Shown: piece after piece, positions 1-9,315 of the stretch | Position numbering within the stretch: the first letter of the stretch is position 1 | Layout of the letters: each line of letters begins with the position of its first letter | NCBI GenBank assembly: GCA_046725875.1 | Contig: JBKOZJ010000009.1 | Span: 1 to 58,684 of the forward strand | Origin: Actinomycetota bacterium | Lineage (GTDB): Bacteria > Actinomycetota > Actinomycetes > JAKEEW01 | Direction: 5' to 3' | Length of the DNA stretch: 58,684 bases | Made by a program: the position numbers and the translations under genes | Notes under the pieces: generated by a model | Told to the model about the DNA's origin: nothing | What the model saw: only the letters and a program-made list of their open reading frames with translations | Databases searched by the model: none

Positions 1-47
1 CAACCGACGGCGGCCCAACCCTGGATAAGGAGACCAGGCCGGACCGC

Positions 48-1139
48 TTGCGGGGCGGTGCTAGGGGAGTGCTGCAGAGGTGGCGCCCAAGCCGCGGCCC
101 GGACCGCGTCAGGCCGGGGCCAGTCGCGCTCACCCGGCTGCGCCCGCGTTGGCTCGCCGCCGGAATCGTCGCAGCCGTCGCGGCGGCTCTGGCCGGCCTG
201 GCGGTGGGCTCCGTCGCGCTTCCGCCGCTTGACGTGTTCGAGGAGGTGATCGGGCTGCGGTCCGGGCTGACGGTTCAGGACGCGGCCATCATCCACGAGC
301 TGCGGCTGCCGCGCGTCGTGCTCGCCCTGCTGGTCGGCGCCACCCTCGCGTCGTGTGGGGCGGCCTACCAGGGCGCATTTGCGAACCCGCTCGCCGACCC
401 GTACACCCTCGGCGTCGCCGCGGGCGCCGGACTCGGTGCGACGCTCGCGATCGCGGCGGCCGGCCCCAGCGCGGCCACACCTGGTTATATCCCGGCCGCC
501 GCGTTTCTTGGCGCGCTGCTCGCGGTCACCGTCACCTACGTGCTCGGTACCGCCGGTGGGCGGACCCGATCGGTCGCGACGCTGGTGGTGGCCGGGGTGG
601 CCGTGGCGTCGTTCTTCACGGCCATGCAGACGTATGTCATGCAGCGCAACACCGACACGATCCGGCAGGTCTATGCCTGGATTCTCGGCCGGCTGTCGAC
701 CGCCGGCTGGGGCGAGGTCGCGATCCTTGCGCCGTACTTCCTTGTGACCACGGTGGTCCTCATTGCGTGCCGGTGGAAGCTCGATGTCCTCGGCCTCGGA
801 GACGAGGAGGCGGGCGCGCTCGGCGTCAACGTCCGCCGCACCCGCCTCGTCGTGGTGGCGGCCGCTTCCCTGGGCACCGCGGCCGCGGTGTCCGTGTCCG
901 GGCTGATCGCGTTCGTCGGAATCATCGTTCCGCACACGGTGCGACTCGTCGCCGGCTCCGGCCATCGCGTCCTGCTGCCCCTTTCGCTGCTGTTCGGTGG
1001 GGCCTTCCTCGTGTTGGCCGACCTGCTCGCACGAACCGTTGTTGCGCCGGCCGAGCTGCCGATTGGGGTGGTGACGGCGTTCTTCGGTGCCCCGTTCTTC
1101 GCGCTCGTGCTGCACACGTCCCGAAGGATGCTGCGGTGA
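48..1139 (+). CDS. FecCD/BtuC-family ABC transporter permease (iron-siderophore or cobalamin); true start probably downstream of 48
   Basis: RLPR motif, NPLADPYTLG, LGDEEAGALG (EAA loop), GLIAFVGIIVPH, ELPIGVVTAFFGAPFF. Confidence 0.93.
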   Translation: MRGGARGVLQRWRPSRGPDRVRPGPVALTRLRPRWLAAGIVAAVAAALAGLAVGSVALPPLDVFEEVIGLRSGLTVQDAAIIHELRLPRVVLALLVGATLASCGAAYQGAFANPLADPYTLGVAAGAGLGATLAIAAAGPSAATPGYIPAAAFLGALLAVTVTYVLGTAGGRTRSVATLVVAGVAVASFFTAMQTYVMQRNTDTIRQVYAWILGRLSTAGWGEVAILAPYFLVTTVVLIACRWKLDVLGLGDEEAGALGVNVRRTRLVVVAAASLGTAAAVSVSGLIAFVGIIVPHTVRLVAGSGHRVLLPLSLLFGGAFLVLADLLARTVVAPAELPIGVVTAFFGAPFFALVLHTSRRMLR

Positions 1140-2035
1140 GTTTGCCGAGCGCGCGTCCGGTGCCGCCGCCCACAGCGCCTGCGCCGCCCGCCGTCGCGGT
1201 CCGCGATTTGGTTGTACGGATGGGGGACGCCCGGCTGCTGGACCAGTTGTCCATCGACGCGGCCACCGGCGAGTGGGTTGCGGTGATCGGCCCGAACGGA
1301 GCCGGCAAGTCGACGCTCTGCCGCGCGTTGGTCGGGCTGGTCGAGCCAGCAAGCGGGACGATCGAATTGTGTGGCCGTCCCGTAGCAGGCGGAGGTGCGC
1401 GTGGTGTCGCGCAGACCCCCGTACGAATGTCAAGGCGCGAGCGAGCCCGACTGGTCGCTTATGTACCGCAAGCGCCGGTGGTCCCGGCCGGGTTCACGGT
1501 GGCGGACTACGTGCTCCTTGGCCGTACTCCCCACATCGGCTCGCTCGGCAGCGACTCCGCCGCCGACCGGGCGGCGATGGACCATGCTGTGCGCCGTCTC
1601 GGGCTCGAGTCGTTTGCCGCTAGAGACGTCGCAAGCCTTTCCGGCGGGGAGCGGCAGCGGGTGGTCATTGCCCGAGCCCTCGCACAGGCTGCGCCTGTCA
1701 TGCTGCTCGACGAGCCCACGACGGCGCTCGATCTCGGCGCGCAGCAGGAGGTCCTCGATCTGGTCGATGCGCTGCGCCGAGAGTCCGGGCTGGCGGTCCT
1801 CACGACACTGCACGACCTGACCCTTGCCGGGCAGTATGCGGACCGCCTGGTCCTGATCGATCGCGGCCGGACGGTCGCCGCCGGGTCGCCGGCAGCGGTG
1901 CTTACCGAGGAGACCATCGAGCGCTACTACGGTGCGCGGATGAGGATCGTCTACGAACACGGCCGCCCCGTCGTCCTTCCAACCCGCGGTCCGACGCCCG
2001 TCCGGGACACCCGAAATGTCGCATCCGCCGAGTGA
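1136..2035 (+). CDS. ABC transporter ATP-binding protein (FepC/BtuD-like)
   Basis: Walker A GPNGAGKST, signature LSGGERQR, Walker B LLDEPT, LHDL; GTG at 1136 overlaps the permease stop (GTGA). Confidence 0.93.
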   Translation: MSLPSARPVPPPTAPAPPAVAVRDLVVRMGDARLLDQLSIDAATGEWVAVIGPNGAGKSTLCRALVGLVEPASGTIELCGRPVAGGGARGVAQTPVRMSRRERARLVAYVPQAPVVPAGFTVADYVLLGRTPHIGSLGSDSAADRAAMDHAVRRLGLESFAARDVASLSGGERQRVVIARALAQAAPVMLLDEPTTALDLGAQQEVLDLVDALRRESGLAVLTTLHDLTLAGQYADRLVLIDRGRTVAAGSPAAVLTEETIERYYGARMRIVYEHGRPVVLPTRGPTPVRDTRNVASAE

Positions 2036-2107
2036 TGCATCCATAGCCATGACAGAGCGTGCGTCACGTCACCCATCACGTCCGCGCTGGCTGCGGCCTT
2101 GCCTGCG

Positions 2108-2132
2108 GTTTGATCCTGCCGTGCGCGGGCAC
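2108..2132 (+). promoter_or_regulatory. Putative SigB/SigF-type stress promoter GTTT-N15-GGGCAC
   Basis: Matches the actinobacterial SigF/SigB-like GTTT-N14-17-GGGTA(C) consensus with one mismatch; ~85 nt upstream of the ATG at 2216. Confidence 0.4.
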
Positions 2133-2215
2133 CCTTGCCCCGCATTCAAAGCAGGTCACGAACCGCCCACCATCGCGAGGCAGGCGGGTTGTTCGAGGCC
2201 GACAGGGAGGAAACC

Positions 2216-2839
2216 ATGTCTGATCAGGCGACGATCGCTCTGATCGTGGTAGCCGCCGTCATCGTGATCGGTGCACTGTTGTTCGCCGTGGTAATGATGC
2301 AGCGCCGGCGCCATCTCAAGGAACAGTTCGGTCCGGAGTACGACCGGTTGGTTGAGTCTGAGCAGAGCCGCCGAGCGGCAGAGGCCGAGCTACGCGAGCG
2401 TGAGCGACGGCACGAGGAGCTGGACATCCAACCGCTCGATCCGGCGGCTCGCGATCGCTATGCGGAGGAGTGGGGGAGCGTACAGGAGCAATTCGTAGAC
2501 GACCCACAGGAGGCGGTCTCCCGAGCCGGTGAGGTTCTGACGTCGGTAATGAGGGACCGGGGCTACCCGGCGGATGATGATGCCGAGCAGCGGATGGCCG
2601 ACCTGTCCGTGGAGCACAGCCGAACGCTCATCCGCTACCGCAAGGCCTACGACGTCAGCCGGAGAGCGGGGGGCGACGAACCGGTATCGACCGAGGATCT
2701 TCGCCAGGCCATGGTCGACTACCGGTCGCTGTTCGAGGAGCTTCTGGGGCCGACCGAGGCCTACGCCGCGCGGGACGAGTTGCCCGAGGAGCCAGAGCGG
2801 TCCGCGGAGCTGGGCAGCGATGAAACTAGGAGGGCCTGA
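2216..2839 (+). CDS. Conserved hypothetical protein with an N-terminal membrane anchor
   Basis: RBS GGGAGG before the ATG at 2216; hydrophobic N-terminus; LKEQFGPEYDR, W..VQEQFVDDP, TEDLRQAMVDYR. Confidence 0.85.
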   Translation: MSDQATIALIVVAAVIVIGALLFAVVMMQRRRHLKEQFGPEYDRLVESEQSRRAAEAELRERERRHEELDIQPLDPAARDRYAEEWGSVQEQFVDDPQEAVSRAGEVLTSVMRDRGYPADDDAEQRMADLSVEHSRTLIRYRKAYDVSRRAGGDEPVSTEDLRQAMVDYRSLFEELLGPTEAYAARDELPEEPERSAELGSDETRRA

Positions 2840-2840
2840 C

Positions 2841-3560
2841 GTGACGAGAGAAGACAATCCTAGGGATCGGCTCTTTAACCCCGACCCGGACACCTCCGAC
2901 TACCGTGACCGCACCGAGTTCGGACCCGAACCGGTCGACGAGACGGAGGACACCGTCGAGGAGCCTGAGGCTCATCGTCCTCGGCCGGCGGATGAGGACC
3001 GCGGCACCTCCGAGGCGATAGCCGACGAGGGGGGACGGGAAGAACACAACCCTGGCACCGAGGAGATGGCAGCCACCAGGGGTGCATTCGTCACCGCACC
3101 CCAGGGGCGCGAGGACGACGAAGACGTGGCGGTACCTCGCGAACAGCGCGCGTCCGATGCGGCATGGCACGAATCTGAGCCGGCGGATGTGGGAGGCGAG
3201 CCCGGGGCGGCCGATGTCCGGGACGAGGTTCCGGCGCCGGCAGCCGTGCCGGCCGCCGTTCCGGAGGACGTCGATCAGACGGGCGCGTTGCTGCCGGCTA
3301 GCGACGCTGACCAGATAAGGACGCGCTGGCACGAGGTGCAGGCCGGCTTCGTCGACGATCCCAGAACGGCCGTCGACGAGGCGGCGCAGCTGGTCTCTCA
3401 TGCATCGGACCGCATCACGTCCGTTCTCAAGGATCGGCTCGGTGTGCTGGACGAAGGACGGTCGACCGGGAAGAGCGCCGGCGACGAGACCGCCACCGAA
3501 CAGCTGCGCAGCCTCATGCAGAGGTATCACGTCCTGCTCGACCGGCTGCTCGCGGTCTAG
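2841..3560 (+). CDS. Hypothetical protein: acidic disordered N-terminus plus a C-terminal domain paralogous to the upstream gene
   Basis: GTG 1 nt after the upstream stop; RWHEVQAGFVDDP...TEQLRSLMQRY matches the upstream protein motifs. Confidence 0.8.
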   Translation: MTREDNPRDRLFNPDPDTSDYRDRTEFGPEPVDETEDTVEEPEAHRPRPADEDRGTSEAIADEGGREEHNPGTEEMAATRGAFVTAPQGREDDEDVAVPREQRASDAAWHESEPADVGGEPGAADVRDEVPAPAAVPAAVPEDVDQTGALLPASDADQIRTRWHEVQAGFVDDPRTAVDEAAQLVSHASDRITSVLKDRLGVLDEGRSTGKSAGDETATEQLRSLMQRYHVLLDRLLAV

Positions 3561-3640
3561 GAACCCGATCCCGACGCGAGTGTGATCCGACGAACGGAGG
3601 CGCGACCGGGTCGGAGCCTCTAACAGCCCGCACGGGCCGT

Positions 3641-3701
3641 GGTGCCGGTGCTATCCCCTGGCTGGCTCGCCGACCGAGCCGGGGCACCGGCACCGCCTTT
3701 T
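3641..3701. terminator. Hairpin between convergent genes
   Basis: GGTGCCGGTGC (3641-3651) pairs with GCACCGGCACC (3684-3694); followed by GCCTTTT. Confidence 0.6.
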
Positions 3702-3771
3702 CCATCAGAGTGCCCAGGCGAGAGATGCGCGACAGCCGGGGACTCGCTCGGGCAACCCCTACGAGGCGTCG

Positions 3772-6700
3772 TCAGCCGCGCAGGCGCAGACCTCGGGGAG
3801 TGGCGTGGAAGCCGGCCGCCTCGATTGCTCGGCCGAGCGGTGAGGTCAACACCCCTTCGCCATCGGCGCGTTCGACGGTGAGTTTGCCGAGTGCGCCCTC
3901 CCGTACGGCCAGGGCGAGGGCGTCAACCGTAGGCTGGAGATTGTCCAGATCATCGGCCCATGTCAGCAGGGTGCGCCCGCCGCGCTCCACGTAGAGCACG
4001 AGGTCGCCGTCGAGGAGAACCACCAGCGCGCCGGCCTTCCTGCCTGGCTTGTGACCGCTTGCGACCTCACCGGGCCGTTCCGGCCACGGCAAGGCGGCAC
4101 CATAAGGATTCGCCGGGTCGGTGGCGGCGAGAACCAATGCGCTCCGCTCCGTCGCCTCGCCGGCGGCGACTCCTGGGCGGATGCCGTCGCTGCGGGAGTA
4201 GCCCCGGAGCCGGTCGACCGCACCGGGCATCGCGAACTGCGCCGCACCAAGGCCTTCGATGAAGTAACCACGACGGACCCGGCCTGCTTCTTCGAAAGCG
4301 CGGAGGACACGATAGACGGCTGCATAGCCGCCACTGGGTCGCTCGGCGGTCACCGACCCGCGGGTAAGCACCCCGTAGCGGTCAAGCAGTGTCTCAGCGA
4401 GGGCGTGGGCGCGCCGGGTGGGATCTAGGTCGCGCTCCGGCAGCAGCGACCACCGTCCGGTCATGGTCGGAGGTCCGCTGCGACTGGGCAGCGACGCCCG
4501 GCCGGCTACCGGACGTCCGTAGCGTGAGTACCTTCCGCGCAGGGGCCTCGGCCGTTGGGTATGCGTAGCTCGGCCGCCGCCGACGAGCGCTCGGATCGGC
4601 CCCGGGGTGTCGTTCGTCAAGTAGCCGGCCCATACGAGATCCCATATAGCGCTCGCCAGCGCCGTGTCGTCGAGCGAGCTGATCCGGTCGGACAATTGGC
4701 GGAAGAACAACGCGCGACCGTCGCCGAGCGCCGATAGCACCTGCTCATGCAGCGGTGTCAGCGACATGTTCTCGTCGATCGGTGGCAGGAGTAGTGGAGC
4801 GACCTCATGCGGATACAGTGCGATCCAGCCGTCGTCGCCGGGCAGCGAGGCATGGCCCGCCCATAGCACCTCGCCCGCCGCGCACAACTCGTCGAGAAGG
4901 GGCGGCGCGTAGTCGGCCACGCGAGCGGGCAGGATCAACCGCTCCAACGCCGACGCCGGCACCGGCGTTCCGGCAAGCTGCTCGACGGCCCGCAGGACTC
5001 CGTCAATGCCGCGCAGGCCGGCGCCCCGGACACCCTGCCAGGCCGGTAGGAACCGGCTGAACACGCCGGCCGGCACGGGCTCGGCCTCCCTACGCAGGGC
5101 GGCGAGCGAGGCACGCCGGACTCGGCGTAGGACGCCCGGATCGCACCACTCTGTGCCCGCGCCGCCGGGCCGAAAGGCTCCTTCGACGGCTCGCCCGGCC
5201 GCGGCAAGACGGTGCAGTGCGTCGGTGACCACGGCCACGCCAAGCCCGAGCCGCTCGGCAGCGTCGGCGGCGTGGAACGGGCCGTGAGTACGGGCGAACC
5301 TTGAGACCAGATCGCCGAGCGGGTCGCGGACCGGCTCCAGAAAAGCCTCTGGAATGCCGACCGGGAGGGGAGCGCCGAGTGCGTCACGCAGCCGACCCGC
5401 GTCCTCGATCGCCGCCCACCGATCCGTGCCCCCGATCCGTACCAGAATCGCACGGCGGGCCCGGGCCAGGTCGTCCAACCAGCCGGACGCCTCGTCGCGT
5501 CCCCTCACACTACGCTCGGCGACCTCCGATGTGCCGAGCGGACCGAGCAGTCGGAGCATGTCGGCCACATTCTCGGCGGACCGCGCGCGCCGGTCACCGG
5601 CCAGCCACTGGAGCTCGGCTTCGACCCGGTCGATCACGTCGGCGTCGAGCAGCTCGCGGAGCTCGGCCTGTCCGAGCAGCTCGGCAAGCAGGCTGGTGTC
5701 GAGCGTAAGCGCCTGAGCACGGCGCTCGGCGAGTGGCGAGTCCCCGTCATACATGTATTCGGCGACGTAGCCCATGAGCAGTGAGCGTGCGAACGGCGAC
5801 GGGGTGGCCGTCTCTACCTCGACAAAGCGAACCCGGCGGGCCTGTAGATCGCGCATCAGTCCGACGAGACCGGGGACGTCGAATACATCCTGTAGGCACT
5901 CGCGCATCGTCTCCAGGACAATTGGGAACTGCGCATACTGGCTCGCAACCGACAAGAGTTGCGCCGACCGCTGCCGTTGTTGCCACAACGGACTCCGCCG
6001 GCCCGGCTGTCGGCGGGGCAGCAGCAGCGCTCGCGCCGCGCACTCCCGGAACCGCGCCGCGAACAGCGCCGAGCCGCCGAGCTCCGCTGTAACGAGCGGC
6101 TCGACCTCGTCCGGATCGAAGGCGGCGAGGTCCAGCGGCGGTCGCTCCTCCGTATCGGGCAGGCGCAGGACAATCCCGTCGTCTGAGTGCATCGCGGCCA
6201 CGTCGACGCCGAACCGCTCGCGGAGCCGGGCGGCGATGGCGAGTGCCCAAGGGGCGTGGACCTGCGCGCCGAACGGCGAATGCACCACCACCCGCCAGTC
6301 GCCAAGCTCATCCCTAAACCGTTCGACCAGGATCGTCCGATCGTCCGGCACGTGCCCCGTCGCTTGGCGCTGTTCGGTCAAGTAGGCCAGGAGGTTGTCG
6401 GTCGCCCACTTGTCGAGGCCGCACTTCCGCACGCGCTCGCGGGCCCGGTCGGCGTCGAGGGTGCCAAGCTCACGGACGAAGGCGCCGACGGCGCGGCCAA
6501 GCTCGACCGGACGGCCCACCGCGTCGCCCTTCCAGAACGGCAGCCTGCCTGGCGACCCTGGTGCCGGCGTGACGAGAACGCGGTCGTGGGTAATGTCCTC
6601 GATCCGCCAGCTCGTTGAGCCGAGGGTGAAGATGTCGCCGACTCGCGACTCGTAGACCATCTCCTCGTCGAGCTCACCGACGCGACTCGCCCGCTCCCCG

Positions 6701-8427
6701 GTGAGGAAGACGCCGAACAAGCCGCGATCCGGGATCGTTCCACCACTGGTAACGGCGAGCCGCTGTGCTCCGGGCCGGGCCGACAACATGCCTGTGACTC
6801 GGTCCCAGACCAGCCGCGGCCGCAGCTCGGCGAACCCGTCGCTCGGATAGCGCCCAGCCAGCATGTCCAGGACCGCCTCGAAGGCGCTCTGCGGCAGTGA
6901 TGTAAACGGTGCGGCCCGGCGTACCACCGCGAGCATCTCGTCGGCTTGCCAGTCATCCATTGCGGTCATCGCGACGACCTGCTGTGCCAGCACGTCGATT
7001 GGGTTGCGCGGGTAACGGATCTGCTCGATCTCACCGGCCGCCATCCGCTGCGCGACGACCGCGGCTTGTACGAGATCCCCGCGATACTTCGGGAACACGA
7101 TCCCGCGGGAAACCGCGCCGACATGATGGCCGGCTCGGCCGATCCGCTGCAGGCCGGCGGCCACCGACGGTGGCGACTCGACCTGCACCACCAGGTCGAC
7201 GGCGCCCATGTCGATGCCGAGCTCGAGACTGCTCGTCGCCACCACCGCCGGAATCCGGCCAGACTTCAGTTCGTCCTCGATCCGAGCGCGCTGCTCCTTG
7301 CTCACGGATCCGTGATGAGCCCGGGCGATCACCTCGGCGGCGCCGCGGGTGGCCCCCGCCTGCGCCATCTTCTCCGCTGTTGCCACACCGGCCGGCGGCA
7401 GCTCTTCATCGGCCGCTCGTTCATGCGCGACCTCGTTGAGGCGTGCGGTCAGGCGCTCGGCAAGCCGGCGCGAGTTGGCGAAGACGATCGTCGACCGGTG
7501 TGAGTCGATGAGATCCGCAATCCGCTCCTCGACGTGTGGCCAGATCGACGCCGCTCGAACTGGATCACGCGCAGCGTCGAGGCCGTCGATATGCTCCGCG
7601 GCCTGTGCTGGAGCGCTCGCCGGGAGCCCGGTTGAAGCCGGCGGCACGCTGTTGTGGCCACGCGGCTCGGCTCCGCGTCCCCCGTCGAGTTCGGTGAGAT
7701 CCGGCACTGGGACCACGACCCGCAAATCGACGGTCTTTGCCAGCGGCGGCTGGACCACTGTGACTGGTGATGCACCGCCGAGGAACCCGGCCACCTCATT
7801 GACCGGCCTAACCGTCGCCGACAGACCGACCCGCTGTGCCGGTTGGCTGAGCTGGTGATCGAGGCGTTCCAGGGTGAGGGCTAGGTGGGCGCCGCGCTTG
7901 GTCGCGGCGACCGCGTGCACCTCGTCGACGATGACCGTTTCTACACCGAGCAGTTGCTCTCGAGCCTGGGATGTCATGATCAAGAACAACGACTCTGGTG
8001 TGGTGATCAGAATGTCCGGAGGCCGGCTGCCAAAGCGACGGCGTTCGTCTGCGGGCGTGTCCCCAGTGCGCATCGCAACGTCGATGCGCGGTTCGGGCAG
8101 GCCGAGGCGCCGGGCCGCCTGCCGAATCCCGGTCAGCGGAGCACGGAGATTCCGCTCGATGTCTACCACGAGTGCCTTCAGCGGAGACACATAGACCACG
8201 CGGCATCGGCGCTGCCTGTCGTCGGGCTGTGGTGTGGACGCGAAGCGGTCGAGCGACCACAGGAAGGCCGCCAGCGTCTTGCCCGAGCCGGTCGGCGCGA
8301 TCACAAGGGTGTTATCACCCTTGGTGATCGCCGACCATGCGCCCACCTGCGCCGCCGTGGGGGCGGCGAAGGCACCCTCAAACCACGCCCGGGTGGCCGG
8401 GGAGAATCGTGCGACCGGGTCGACCAT
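3772..8427 (-). CDS. lhr: Lhr (long helicase-related) SF2 ATP-dependent helicase with C-terminal extension
   Basis: APTGSGKT, TTPES, DEVH, GLSAT, HHGS, ATSSLELGID, QRIGRAGH; start placed at ATG 8427 (MVDPVARFSPATRAWF). Confidence 0.93.
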   Translation of the reverse strand: MVDPVARFSPATRAWFEGAFAAPTAAQVGAWSAITKGDNTLVIAPTGSGKTLAAFLWSLDRFASTPQPDDRQRRCRVVYVSPLKALVVDIERNLRAPLTGIRQAARRLGLPEPRIDVAMRTGDTPADERRRFGSRPPDILITTPESLFLIMTSQAREQLLGVETVIVDEVHAVAATKRGAHLALTLERLDHQLSQPAQRVGLSATVRPVNEVAGFLGGASPVTVVQPPLAKTVDLRVVVPVPDLTELDGGRGAEPRGHNSVPPASTGLPASAPAQAAEHIDGLDAARDPVRAASIWPHVEERIADLIDSHRSTIVFANSRRLAERLTARLNEVAHERAADEELPPAGVATAEKMAQAGATRGAAEVIARAHHGSVSKEQRARIEDELKSGRIPAVVATSSLELGIDMGAVDLVVQVESPPSVAAGLQRIGRAGHHVGAVSRGIVFPKYRGDLVQAAVVAQRMAAGEIEQIRYPRNPIDVLAQQVVAMTAMDDWQADEMLAVVRRAAPFTSLPQSAFEAVLDMLAGRYPSDGFAELRPRLVWDRVTGMLSARPGAQRLAVTSGGTIPDRGLFGVFLTGERASRVGELDEEMVYESRVGDIFTLGSTSWRIEDITHDRVLVTPAPGSPGRLPFWKGDAVGRPVELGRAVGAFVRELGTLDADRARERVRKCGLDKWATDNLLAYLTEQRQATGHVPDDRTILVERFRDELGDWRVVVHSPFGAQVHAPWALAIAARLRERFGVDVAAMHSDDGIVLRLPDTEERPPLDLAAFDPDEVEPLVTAELGGSALFAARFRECAARALLLPRRQPGRRSPLWQQRQRSAQLLSVASQYAQFPIVLETMRECLQDVFDVPGLVGLMRDLQARRVRFVEVETATPSPFARSLLMGYVAEYMYDGDSPLAERRAQALTLDTSLLAELLGQAELRELLDADVIDRVEAELQWLAGDRRARSAENVADMLRLLGPLGTSEVAERSVRGRDEASGWLDDLARARRAILVRIGGTDRWAAIEDAGRLRDALGAPLPVGIPEAFLEPVRDPLGDLVSRFARTHGPFHAADAAERLGLGVAVVTDALHRLAAAGRAVEGAFRPGGAGTEWCDPGVLRRVRRASLAALRREAEPVPAGVFSRFLPAWQGVRGAGLRGIDGVLRAVEQLAGTPVPASALERLILPARVADYAPPLLDELCAAGEVLWAGHASLPGDDGWIALYPHEVAPLLLPPIDENMSLTPLHEQVLSALGDGRALFFRQLSDRISSLDDTALASAIWDLVWAGYLTNDTPGPIRALVGGGRATHTQRPRPLRGRYSRYGRPVAGRASLPSRSGPPTMTGRWSLLPERDLDPTRRAHALAETLLDRYGVLTRGSVTAERPSGGYAAVYRVLRAFEEAGRVRRGYFIEGLGAAQFAMPGAVDRLRGYSRSDGIRPGVAAGEATERSALVLAATDPANPYGAALPWPERPGEVASGHKPGRKAGALVVLLDGDLVLYVERGGRTLLTWADDLDNLQPTVDALALAVREGALGKLTVERADGEGVLTSPLGRAIEAAGFHATPRGLRLRG

Positions 8428-8433
8428 GTCGCC

Positions 8434-8455
8434 ATCCTCGCTCACGGCGCCGACA
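8434..8455 (-). promoter_or_regulatory. PafBC-type (RecA-NDp) DNA-damage promoter of lhr, leaderless
   Basis: Minus strand reads TGTCGG-cgccgtgagc-GAGGAT-ggcgac-ATG. Confidence 0.7.
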
Positions 8456-8731
8456 TTTCCAGGCTGCCGGCCATGCCAAGTCCTCGAACCGACTGAAGCT
8501 CCGGTCCCTGTGAAGGATCCGTCCGGTGTGGGAACGAACCACTCGGCGGGAGACGTCGTACGGGCGGGTGGGGTCGGCTCTGCTTGCTTGTGCGCTGCCG
8601 GTGCCGAGTGATCGTCAAGACCCCGCCGCCAACCCCTGTAAACTTGGGTACCAACGCGTCCGCCGCGATCCGGCGGACGTTCCATGTGCTCCGACGTTCG
8701 ATCTCGCCCCGTTTTGCCTTTGGAGTTTCCC

Positions 8732-9058
8732 GTGTCAGGAAAGCAGTCCAAGACCGCCCGTGCCTCGGTTCGTGCCGGTACCGGCGCGGGTACTGGCAGC
8801 CTGCAGACGCTTGGGGACGTCAAGTACGTCATCCCGCTGAACCACGGGAGGAACGCATATGTCCGCAACATCGTCGCCGGCCGGACCCTGAACCTACGCA
8901 CCGACTCCGATGCATTCGTCGCGGAGATCCGCAGCCTCTCCGAGGCGGGGCACGGTCTCAAGATCAAGGCAGAGCTCGAGGCGCTTACCGTTACCCGCCC
9001 CGGCGACAACTGGGACGTCACGCTCAAGCGTCTGGTCGAGACCGGCGCCCTCGCCTGA
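8732..9058 (+). CDS. Small hypothetical protein (start uncertain, 8684-8732)
   Basis: The 3' part (DVKYVIPLNHGRNAYVRN...LKRLVETGALA) has mostly G/C-ending codons and a protein-like composition. Confidence 0.6.
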   Translation: MSGKQSKTARASVRAGTGAGTGSLQTLGDVKYVIPLNHGRNAYVRNIVAGRTLNLRTDSDAFVAEIRSLSEAGHGLKIKAELEALTVTRPGDNWDVTLKRLVETGALA

Positions 9059-9092
9059 GCGCCCTCGCCTCACAATCTCGGGCGAGCAGCCG

Positions 9093-9287
9093 ATGCGGCA
9101 TACCGAGTTCTGGGCCCGAATGAATCAGCAGTTCGGTGCCACCTACGCCGACTCGTTCGCACGCGACTTCGTCGTGGCAGAGCTAGGCGGGCGAACTGTC
9201 TACCAGGCGATTGCCGACGGCGAGGACGTAAAGGAGATCTGGCGGGCGGTGTGCAACGCGCTCAACCTCCCCCCGAGCGTCCGCTAG
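9093..9287 (+). CDS. DUF3046 family protein
   Basis: MRHTEFWARM..FG..YA....D.V..ELGGRT..AI..G...KEIWRAVC is typical of the recA-linked actinobacterial family. Confidence 0.88.
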   Translation: MRHTEFWARMNQQFGATYADSFARDFVVAELGGRTVYQAIADGEDVKEIWRAVCNALNLPPSVR

Positions 9288-9315
9288 CCGCGGACCGGCT
9301 GCACCTGCCTCCAGC

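Noticed and set aside
8428..9027. 200-aa N-terminal extension of Lhr in the ORF track
   Set aside because: Overlaps a better gene on the + strand; a leaderless promoter sits directly before ATG 8427
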